DNA of 64,000 bases from the NCBI RefSeq assembly GCF_006345805.1, contig NC_043007.1, forward strand, positions 57,722,001 to 57,786,000, written 5' to 3'. Each line of letters begins with the position of its first letter. Position 1 is the stretch's first letter. Origin of the DNA: Octopus sinensis. Lineage: Eukaryota. The translations under genes were made by a program, and so were the position numbers. The notes under the pieces were generated by a model. That model saw nothing but the letters and a program-made list of their open reading frames with translations. It was not told the DNA's origin and made no database searches. Below, in pieces: positions 53,189 through 64,000 of this stretch.

Positions 53189-53220
<32 letters not shown>

Positions 53221-53599
53221 ACAACATAGATATTTCGTCGATAGTCAACGACGACTATGTATTTGAAGTATCTTGAGTCATACTATAAGAAGTGACTCGA
53301 CCTCTTAAACTAGCTTCAGTCTCCTGATGCTGTGTTCTAGCAGCAGTTATAGAATTTCAGTCTCCTCGTGTCACATGTAACTGCATTCTATTATTACAGC
53401 CAGCATATACATTTATTTCTAATTCAGAGAGACCAGTTATTCTCAATCGGAGTCCATATCATCTCTGGGGGCTCAAACAAGATTTTTGAAGTCAACGCAA
53501 GCAAAATGGTAAATTGGGAATCCACAGTAATACATTATGGGGCCATGAATAAATGTTGTTTTAGATGTAATTATTGCAAGAAACAGGTTTCTTTCTCCA

Positions 53600-54535
53600 A
53601 TGTTTTACAATTTAACATATTTCCGGCATCGGAAACGTTTTTTTCTCTAGACAAACGCATCTCCGTCATTCTTGGATTTGTTGAGCAGACAGAAGTTTCG
53701 TTATGCCAATATCTTTAGTGAACTTGGCTTTCTTTAGGATTAGGATATTCCTGATCTTGCCTGTCTGTGAGATATTTATGATGCCTCTGAAGTAACACAC
53801 ACAAACGTATGAAGCCCTTTTTTTTTAACTGGTCACTGTATATCACTCTTGGCCCAGATCTGTACAATAGGATAAATAATACTATTACTCAGTGTAGCTT
53901 GCACTTCACCTGGAAAGAGACTTTATTGTTGTCCCAAAATCATTCTCTCGACATCCTGTATGTTGAACTGTCCTTGTTCGAGATGGTATGTAGAGGGTTT
54001 GCAGGCCAGTATATCTACAGTGTTTACACCATGATTCGCATTACAGGGACCTGTAGACAGAAGGCTATCAGGTTGGCTGGGGAGAGTGGGTAAAGCATAG
54101 GTTGACACAAGGTGTCTGTAAATCAGGGGGACCTGGAGGGGTAGTGCTAACTGAATACAAGATAAAATAGTGCAAACTGGACAAAAAACTGATATTGAAA
54201 GACTCGAAACACCTGATGACCTCAAGAAACATGTCTAGAGAAATCACAGGATGATGTATAAAAAAGCTTTCACTGCATCTTCCATTCGTTACTGTTTATT
54301 AAATCCAAAGAGGTAGAGTTGATCCTGTTATTCGGTAACGATGGAAGAGATTCAGTCAAGCGGTTCAAATCAAGGTTTGATTGATAAAGTGTTTCAGTTT
54401 TACGTATGCTAACTTTCAAGGTGAACTTTGTGGCAACACCGTTGAAAGCATCCTCCAAATTATACATTGCCTTTGCATCATGGTTTACATGTGCATTATC
54501 ATTAACAAACAACATTTCTCTCACCAACACGTCTT
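53600..54535 (-). mobile_element. RTE-clade LINE RT fragment, decayed
   Basis: LVREMLFVNDNA..LEDAFNGVATKFTLKVSIRKTETLYQ (FADD-equivalent) and KPSTYHLEQGQFN..VERM. Confidence 0.7.
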
Positions 54536-54994
54536 GATTTTTAGTTTCGCGGCGCTCTTAAACATCAGGATTTGTATATATGTATGAATGTATGTATGTA
54601 CGTGTGTATGATGTATGTATGTATGTATGTATGTATGTATGTATGTATGTATGTATGTATGTATACATGCATGTATGTATGTATGTATGTATGTATGTAT
54701 GTATGTTATACATGCATGTATGTATGTATGTATGTATGTATGTATGTATGTATGTATGTATGTATGTATAAACGCACACACACATACACTCGTAGTAGAT
54801 TGAGATTTAGATAGAAACCATGTTGTGATAAAATATACCCTCCCCCAAAATATGCAGCTTTGTAGCAATGTTAGTAAGAGTAGGATGGATATAAAAAGTG
54901 AGAGTGAATGCTGGAAACGAGAACTAAGAATGCAATAACTGAAGAATAGAGAAAAATATATATAAATATGGGATCACCACTACTTTATTATCTC

Positions 54995-55230
54995 CCCTTC
55001 TTCCAAGCTCTCCTGTGTGATCCCTCTGTCCGGCATTCGCCATGAGAGATTGCTAGGCACTAGACCCTTTTTTTTGTCTCTCCCTGTTTATTTCTGTGTT
55101 CCTTTCTGTCGAAGAACGTAGGCTCGAAACGTAAAAGACTTTCTCACTTCCCAAGCATTAAACTAATACATTTTTTGTTTACACAGCCGTCTTCGTCTTT
55201 TGTTTTTTCATAAATTCTCACTATATACAT
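54995..55230 (+). mobile_element. Short repeat-like segment with a degenerate hammerhead-like motif (55102-55137)
   Basis: cttt|CTGTCGA|a|gaac-gtag-gctc|GAA|ACGT|A|aaag. Confidence 0.35.
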
Positions 55231-55832
55231 ACATACATATGCATGTATATATATTTATATATACTTGTGTATGTTCGTAAGTACATATATATATACACAC
55301 ATATATATATATATATACATGCATATATATATATATGTGTGTATACATACATACATACATACATATATATATACATACATACATACATACATACATACAT
55401 ACATACATACATACATACATACATACATACATACATACGTACGTACGTACATAAATACATACATAAACACACAGACACATACATACATACAGAGAAACAG
55501 AGAGAGCGAGAGACAGACGAACAGGCAGACAGGCAGACAAAATTAGGGGAACTAGGAGAAAGAGGGCGAAAAGGAAAGGCTGGAAAGAAAAACAGATTGA
55601 GAGAAAATATTTATCATATTAAAAACAATCGAAAACAGTTGAGTAGGGTGGTGAGAAGGGAATAGAAACAATTAAAAACAAGGCGAGAAATAAGATAATA
55701 TTAGACGGAGAGTGGGGATGAGATGAGAAAGTTAGAACGATTGAATGGAAGAGAGATGTAAATAATGAACGACTAGGAATGTTATAGAAAAAGGAGGAAG
55801 GCGCGGAGAAATGCACACACATGCACATATAC

Positions 55833-56100
55833 TTTCTTGCCGAACCGCTAAGTTACAGGAACGTAAATGCACCAGCAACGGTTGTACTACAGCCTCAAAT
55901 TATGTGTGTGTGTGTGTGTATATGTATATATATATATATACACGACAGGTTTCTTTCAGTTTCCGACCATTAAATCCACTGACAAGGCTTTCGTCGACCC
56001 GTGGCTATCGCAAAAACCTCTTGCCCAAGGTGTCACGTAATAGGATTGAACCCGTAGCTATATAGCTGGGAAGCAAACTTCTTACCACGGAGCCATGCCT
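55833..56100 (-). mobile_element. SINE family 1, 3'-truncated
   Basis: Reverse complement of the family-1 head and body. Confidence 0.8.
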
Positions 56101-56269
56101 GAATGTATTTTAAATTTAAAATTTTGTTGTATATGAATGACGAAAGTATCACGCGCTGAAAAAGACATAATTATGTGACGAACAACTTTGATAAACCGAT
56201 TGATTATTATGCTAATTTATTTGTTAATCATTTGTAACTTAGGAACACGGCCACAAAAATGGTGGAAGG

Positions 56270-56430
56270 GGTTTAATCTATTATCTAGATGTCTCTGCAA
56301 AACTGATACTCAAGTTTATTAACACCGGAAAGACGAAAGGCAAAGTTGACCACTGTAGGATCTGAACTCAAAATTTTGAGAGCCAGAATGAATATTTCGA
56401 AGTAACTTGTCCCACATTCTAATGCAATAA
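56270..56430 (-). mobile_element. SINE family 2, old copy
   Basis: gacgaaaggcaaagttgacc..gatctgaactcaaaa. Confidence 0.6.
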
Positions 56431-56511
56431 AGCATAATAACGTGACTGGATTCATGGACTAGCAGAATCATATTTGTGTGTGTGTGTGAGTGTGTGTATA
56501 TATATATAATA

Positions 56512-56542
<31 letters not shown>

Positions 56543-56705
56543 GATATATATATATATATATAATATATATATATATATATGTAAAAATATATATGTATAT
56601 ATGTATAATACATAAATATATACATACATATATATATATATATGTATATATATATCTTTATATATATATATGCATGAATGTATGTATATATATATATGTG
56701 TGTGT

Positions 56706-56749
<44 letters not shown>

Positions 56750-58354
56750 TGTGTGTGTGTGTGTGTCTGCATATGTGTGCGAGTGTGTGAAAAGACGAAG
56801 AAAATTTCAAACGTGGCCTATAAGAATCGAACCTCATATCGAGCTTTCAACCGTATAGCTGTGTATATAACGGCGAATAATGGCGAAAGCCATGATACAA
56901 CTGGAAAAGGGATTTAAGTAGACAGACAGAGGGAGAGAGAGAGAGAAGAACAGAGAGAGGTGAATGACTGAGCTGTGTAAATGTACTTTGGTAAGCTAAC
57001 TTCAACGCTTTGATAGTGATTGTGTAGTGACAGTTTGTAGAGATTCTATTAACCCGTCATTCCCTTACACCACGTTAAGTCGACAATTAAATTAGGCCTT
57101 ACTGATTTCCTGTTCTCACCTTGTTCACTTTGAGTTAATCACCATGGCAGTGGTACGTTTGATGATAGTGATACTGGTAGGCTTTTGTGACGGTGATGGA
57201 GGCGATGGTTCTGACGATTGTGGTGGTGGTGGCGGTGGTGGATGGCACTGCGTTGGGATAAATAGTAAAGGTAGCTTTTGTGGTGGTGGTGGTGGTGGTG
57301 GTGGTGGTGATGCAGATATTAGTAATGGTGATGGAGATGGAGTATTAATACAGCTTGTTTTATGGTGGTGGTGGTGAGGAGGAGGAGGAGGAGGTTAATA
57401 ACTCTGGTGGTGGGAGTAGTTATGGTATTTAGTAATGGTATGTTTTGCGATGATGGTAGGGGGTGTTGTTGTTGGTGGTGGCGGTGGTAATGCATACAAC
57501 TTTAATGATGGTGATTGGTGGTAGTACTAGTAATTGTGATGGTGGTGGTGGTAGTTTAAGTAGACAGATAGACAGATGATGATGATGAAGGAGGAGGCGG
57601 AGGAGGATGATAGATGCTATGATAGTAGGCAGGATGGTTGTTGTGGTGATGTTGGTGGTGGTAGCGATGGCGGCGGCGGGGATGCTAGTGTAAAAGTGGT
57701 GGTAACCGTCAGTATTGTTTTGGTTGTACTAACATCGACAGTGTCGCGATTGATATCGATAGAGGCGGCGGCGGCGGTGGTGGTGGTGGTTGGTGGTGGT
57801 GGTGGTGGTGGTTGGTGGTGGTTGATGGAGTGTAGTGTGAATGGTTAGCATCGTAATGCTAGTGATGGTGATAATTGTTGTAGTTTTAGTAATAATTAAT
57901 ATTAATGATGTTGCTACCTGTAACGGTAGTAGTGAAGGCGGCGGTGGTGGTGGTGGTGGTGGTTGCGCCTGATGGTTGTCGATATTGCTGTTGTTGGTGA
58001 AGGTGGTGATGGTGTTGATAACGTTCGCTTGTTGGTCAATTGATTCTTTAACCTCTAATCGAAAGCACTTACGGTCAGTCTTTCCAGCAATGACCACTTC
58101 ATCTTATGTAGTTCTACTTACCTTTAAACACCGATATATTTTGAGGAAAGTTTGCCTTTTTCCTTTCTTGTTCTTTATTTGCTGTTTATTCCCAGGTCAG
58201 CCCATCAAAGACATTTCGGCTGTGACCATCACAACTTTCACCCTATGTGCTGGGAATTCGGGACCACATTATCTAATCAGTCATCTTCGAAGACGGTAGA
58301 AGATCTAACTGCTATTTCTAGCAGACATTGATTGCGTTGGGGTTGGTGTTGGTG

Positions 58355-58386
<32 letters not shown>

Positions 58387-58494
58387 GGTGCTGGTATGTA
58401 GGGGATGACAGTTACGGTACATTACAATATAGTTGTAGTGATGATACTTGGGACGATGGTGGGTAGCAGCGGTAGGTGTAGAAACAATGGATGG

Positions 58495-58546
58495 TAACGA
58501 TCATGTTTATAGTAATGATGACGACGACGACGACGACGTCGATGAC

Positions 58547-58599
<53 letters not shown>

Positions 58600-58642
58600 C
58601 GACGACGACGACGGCGATGACGACGACGACGACGACGACGAC

Positions 58643-58673
<31 letters not shown>

Positions 58674-58800
58674 ACGACGTCGACGATGACGACGACGACG
58701 ATGACGATGACGACGATGACGACGACGACGATGACGATGACGACGATGACGACGACGACGATGATGATGATGGTGATGATGATGACGCTGATGATAATGA
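58495..58800 (+). repeat. (GAT)/(GAC) compound microsatellite within a GGT-rich low-complexity zone (57140-59050)
   Basis: Read directly. Confidence 0.95.
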
Positions 58801-59974
58801 TTGTGGATGTGATGATAGCAGGTAGGATCGTAGTGATGGGGATGATGATGATGGTGGTGGTGGTGGTGGAAGTGGTTGTGGTGGTATACACTTATCATTG
58901 GCGGTGGATGTCAAAAGTATTTATTCGAAGCCTGATAATGATAGTGATGGTGGCAAAATGCTGGCGAATCAGCGATTATCTTGTAATGAGTGAGTGAGTG
59001 GTGTTGGTGGTGGCAGAGAGAGGGTTAGTGGGAGGTGGAGGAGGAGGAGGAGTGGCAGACATGGACACACACACACGCATTTCGATGAAGTGAGAGGGAG
59101 AGGAAAAAGTATAGCATATGTGATAGCAGGAGAGAGAAAAAGGAAGGAAAGATGAATGAATGAATGAATGAATGAATGAAAAAAGAAAGAAGATGAGAAG
59201 AATGATAGAAGGAATTGAGCTGATAATAAAAGTGCGAAAAATAAGGACAGTCAGGGGGAGGAAGAAAGAGAGTCACGGGGGGAGAGAGAAAGAGAGTGAG
59301 AGAAAGAGACAGAGAGAGAAAGAGAGGGAGAGAGGGAGAGAGGGAGAGAGAGACAAAGCGAAAGCATCAAATAATTTGGGATATGTAGATAGAATCCTAG
59401 AATGGAAACGAGGGAGCGACGGAGACAGAGAAAGAGAGAGAGAGAGAGATTATATACAGAGTTTGAGAAAGAGAGAATAACAGAGAGTGCGGGAGAAAGA
59501 GAGAGGTTGTTAGTGATAGAGTGTCAGAGAATATCCTCATGTAAACAGTTAAGTATATAGCATCAATTGGTAATAGTGAGTCGCTGATAAAATGGTAAAT
59601 GCTATAATTTGCACCGATTACGTCCAGGGAATTTGTGTTTGGTTTCGTATAGCAGGCATTGACGTGTTTGCCTGGCATAGTGTGTCTTTATCTCAATCTC
59701 CTTCTCCTCCTGCAGTCCCGCCTTCATTCGCTCTCTCCCTCCTTCTCACTCTCTTTCTACCTCACTCTCCTCCCTCTCAATGCATTCACTTTCTCTCTCT
59801 CTCCCTCTCTTTCTCTCAACATTTAACTCTGTGTCTATCTCTCGTGTTTAAGTTGGTGTGACAATAGATTTAAGATGGCATCGAAGACTAAATGGACGAC
59901 AAAGGAAGGGCGGGGGTTGGAATTTTGACCGTCAAGTGTGTTCTTTCCATTATATATTGACCTACCAACAGCTT

Positions 59975-59979
59975 ATCTA

Positions 59980-60050
<71 letters not shown>

Positions 60051-60091
60051 GTCTGTCTATCAGTCTGTCAGTTTGTCTGTCTGTCTGTCTA

Positions 60092-60135
<44 letters not shown>

Positions 60136-60139
60136 TCTT

Positions 60140-60174
<35 letters not shown>

Positions 60175-60203
60175 GTCTGTCAGTCTGTCTGTCTGTCTGT
60201 CTA

Positions 60204-60282
<79 letters not shown>

Positions 60283-60315
60283 GTCTATCTGTCAGTCTGT
60301 CTGTCTATCTGTCTA

Positions 60316-60390
<75 letters not shown>

Positions 60391-60393
60391 GTC

Positions 60394-60484
<91 letters not shown>

Positions 60485-60557
60485 GTCTGTCTGTCAGTCT
60501 GTCTGTCTGTCTATCTGTCTGTCTGTCTGTCTATCTGTCTGTCTGTCTGTCCGTCTG

Positions 60558-60632
<75 letters not shown>

Positions 60633-60680
60633 GTCAGTCTGTCTGTCTGTCTGTCTATCTGTCTGTCTATCTATCTATTT
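59975..60680 (+). repeat. ~700-bp compound (CTAT)n/(CTGT)n array
   Basis: Read directly; it produces the spurious 278-aa and 250-aa ORFs. Confidence 0.98.
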
Positions 60681-60973
60681 ATCATACTAGGTGATCAAAC
60701 ATTCAAGATTATGAGTTCCAGAAGACGATAATAAGTATGTCAGCATTTATCTTTGTATATAATTATTTCAAGTACTAAAGGCATATTCAAATAGCGAGTA
60801 CATATATGATATACATACACAAGCACATATGTATACATATGTTTGTGTTTGTCTGCGGGGGCGGCGCACGGACAAATATATATACCTATGTGTGTGTACA
60901 TGTATGTGCATGTATATACAGATATACAGAAAGACAGACAGACAGATAGATAGATACGTACACATACTCCTGT

Positions 60974-61019
<46 letters not shown>

Positions 61020-61310
61020 TTAAATCATTGGATGGTGATAGTTCTATATAAGCAGCTTCAAGTGTTCTAGACCATCATATTGATCCATTTAGTAATTTAT
61101 CGATGTCTATTAACTGAATTTCAAAAGACGAGACGTAAGAAACGGAATTGAACACACGCTTACATTATTAAACATAAATACAGGGATACGCAAACAAGCA
61201 CACACAACACAAATAGAAACAGACACACGCATCTACATAAATTATGTACATGCAACCCATCCATCCATCCATGAATCTATCTATCTATCCATCTATCTAT
61301 CTATCTATCT

Positions 61311-61500
61311 GATCCCTATTATTCATTTTTTTCTCCCCCCCCCCTTTTTTTAACCCTCCCTTTTTTTTGTCCTTTTTTCTTTCCTTTTACGATCCCTTTT
61401 GATCGAAAACCACCACTCTCTTTTTTTTACCACCAAAAGAAAAGCTCTACCTTGTAATTTGTTCTATCTGTGTGCAGCCCTGTGTGGCTAATAAAGAAAC
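61311..61500 (+). mobile_element. Probable Tx1-type 3' UTR end embedded in (TATC)n
   Basis: Shares acgatcccttttga (61389-61402) with the Tx1-A UTR (1165-1178, minus). Ends agccctgtgtggctaataaagaaac, with (TATC)n on both sides. Confidence 0.45.
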
Positions 61501-61551
61501 ATATCTATCTATCTATCTAGCTAGCTAGCTAGCTAGCTATCTATCTATCTA

Positions 61552-61595
<44 letters not shown>

Positions 61596-61769
61596 ACTGT
61601 GTATACATACATACATGTATGCACATGCTTTTATATACATAAAATTAATATATGCGCATGGATTATAAATGTACAAATATGCATGCAAATAGGTATGTAT
61701 ATATATATATATGTGTCTGTGTGTTTGCGTGTGTATGTGCATGTGTGCATTTATGTATATACATAGGTA

Positions 61770-61809
<40 letters not shown>

Positions 61810-62006
61810 GAGAGAGAGACAGAGACAGACAGACAGACAGACAGACAGAGAAAGTGAGAGAGAGATACACTTATGCACATGTATGAATTTATTTAGAATA
61901 AACAATATGTATGCTTATTTAAATATATATATGTGTGTGTGTGTGTGTGTGTATATGCACATAGGTAAGTGTATGTACATGCATATATACATACATCTAG
62001 TATTAA

Positions 62007-62072
<66 letters not shown>

Positions 62073-62089
62073 ATTTATGTATTTATGTT

Positions 62090-62120
<31 letters not shown>

Positions 62121-62519
62121 TATATACATACATAGATACATACATACAAGATGGGGAAACTAACGAAATTTCAATGCTGCAAAAAGAACAGTCTAATCCA
62201 CGCTTTAAAAGTGGGGCTGAATGCGTGACAGTAAACAAGCGATAAATACTGTAATGCTAATTGTTTTGCTCTCAATATATTTATAATTTCAATTTATTAA
62301 GATCACCCGGCTACGCATGGTAGTCTGCGCTTATCCCTACTTCCCTCCATCAGCGTTTTTCTTAAGAAGTTTTGTATGTCTATTTATCGACTTAATGAAC
62401 TCCTGTTGGACAGATGTGTGTGCGTATGTGTATTTATAAATACATATTATGTGTGTGTGTGTGTGGATGTGTGTCTTTTATATTTTGCAGTCATTGCGAC
62501 TACGCTGAGGCACCACATT

Positions 62520-63030
62520 GAAGAATTTTAGTTAAACGAATCGAACCCAGTAATCATTTTTTAAAACTAGGTACTTATTTCGTCGTTCAGTTCTGCCAAA
62601 CCGCTAGACAAAACATCAACATCAGTTTTTAAGTCGATGCACACATACGTACAATATATATATATATGCATATATATATATATATACACGAAGTTGTACT
62701 GAAAAGTTCCTGATTTTGGGTAAAAGAAAATACACGCGGATCGTTTAATTATGATTTTATAAAACATATTCCCCTCTCGGATTCACACATTTATTGCAGC
62801 GGTCCTTCAGTTTTTCTGGGCTCTGTTAAAGTACTTAGAAAATTGGAAGGTTAACCGTCCAACCAGCCCTTTCTCGCCACCTTTAAAGCCATGGACTTTT
62901 CAGCACCCCCTCATGTATATATATGTATACATTTATACAGTGGGCTTCTTTTAGTTTCTGTTTCCCGAATCCATCCACAGGGCTTTCGTGTTCCGGTGGC
63001 TATAGTCGAAGACATTTACCCAAGGTGCCA
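62520..63030 (-). mobile_element. SINE family 1 copy interrupted by a mariner MITE
   Basis: 3' part at 62520-62640 and 5' body at 62932-63030. Confidence 0.65.
62685..62917. mobile_element. Mariner-derived MITE (~230 bp)
   Basis: Imperfect TIRs TAcacgaagttgtactgaaaagttcc / ggacttttcagcaccccctcatgTA in a TA context. The interior resembles a mariner transposase 3' end on the minus strand. Confidence 0.75.
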
Positions 63031-63193
63031 AGCTAAACTAGCCAAGCATATTTCTGTTAGGGGACACTTCACCTGTAACGTTAATCTTGCCCACCCATTT
63101 TGTCTAACTCCAACCCACCAACACTCACATAATTACGCAGAAAATATTCTCTTAGAAAAATGCTACCCCATGTTCACTAACCACACACACACA

Positions 63194-63252
<59 letters not shown>

Positions 63253-63438
63253 GAGCATGTCTCTCTCTAGTCTAATTCCAAGAATGAAACTACTAGATAT
63301 CGTAAGCCTTTGAACTTCCTAATGCCCATAAAAAACACCTCTTTACATTTGTGTTGAGATTTTTCCTCTTTCTCAAGCTTCGGGTGAAATAAAATATATT
63401 TTGTCGAGCGCACGCTTGTTGATACGTACAAACACACG

Positions 63439-63469
<31 letters not shown>

Positions 63470-63626
63470 GGAGTGGCTATGTGGTAAGAAGCTTGCTTCC
63501 CAACCACATGGTTCTGGGTTCAGTCCCACTGTGTAGGACCTTTGGCAAATGTCTTCTGCTTACAGCCTCAGGCTGACTAAGGCCTTCTGGATGGACTTGG
63601 TAGACGGAAACAGAAAGAAACCAGTC

Positions 63627-63671
<45 letters not shown>

Positions 63672-63905
63672 TGTGTCTGTGTGTGTGTGTGTGTCTATTT
63701 GTGTATCTGTGTTCGTCCCTCTACCATCGCTTGACAACCGATGTTGGTGTGTTTGCGTCCCCGTAACTTAACGGTTCGGCAAACGAGAACGATAGAATAA
63801 GTTCTAAGCTTACAAAGAATAAGTCTTGGAGTCGATTTGGTCGACTAAAGGCGGTGCTCCAGCATGTCCGCAATCAAATGATTGAAACAAGTAGAAGAAT
63901 AAGAT
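63470..63905 (+). mobile_element. SINE family 1, full length
   Basis: Head ggagtggctatgtggtaag and tail ggcggtgctccagcatg..attgaaacaag. Confidence 0.9.
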
Positions 63906-64000
63906 AAAGGAATATATATTTACATATATTTATGTACGTACGTAGGTAAATGTATGTGCATGTATCTTTCCATGTATATATGTATATATGTATGTATGTA

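Noticed and set aside
54213-54240. CTGATGA-cctcaa-GAAACATGTC
   Set aside because: No stems I or II; it lies antisense within RTE coding sequence, so it is a chance match.
58196-58330. Exon-like segment after a strong acceptor, and nearby minus-strand GTAAGT donors
   Set aside because: All frames stop quickly, and the sequence matches a dispersed repeat also seen near 20100, 31910, 41700 and 49400.
59858-60694. 278-aa and 250-aa ORFs
   Set aside because: Entirely the (CTAT)/(CTGT) array.

Overview
Eukaryotic, AT-rich window saturated with microsatellites and repeats. The SINE/LINE content and SSR density look like an octopus (cephalopod) genome; this is recognition from memory, not a database result. 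No host protein-coding exon could be supported, and almost all ORFs in the supplied track are microsatellite artefacts. The supportable content is decayed mobile DNA: a mariner and a Tigger/pogo transposon, mariner-type MITE/TIR remnants, two Helentron/HINE-like elements, and non-LTR fragments of the Tx1(L1), R4/Dong, RTE, CR1/L2 and possibly I clades. There are at least four tRNA-derived SINE families, an unclassified ~550-bp repeat tied to (AAT)n arrays, and a 100-N gap. Main leads: (1) a fold-back, Penelope-like repeat carrying a minimal hammerhead-ribozyme fold, with a compensatory G3:C8 core in one copy, plus two unrelated degenerate hammerhead-like motifs; (2) an apparent (AAT)n/(ATT)n retroelement system in which Dong plus the 550-bp element use one strand polarity and Tx1 plus a SINE use the other; (3) a SINE subfamily whose 3' tail matches Tx1 3' ends; (4) an RTE ORF ending in three tandem C2H2 zinc fingers.
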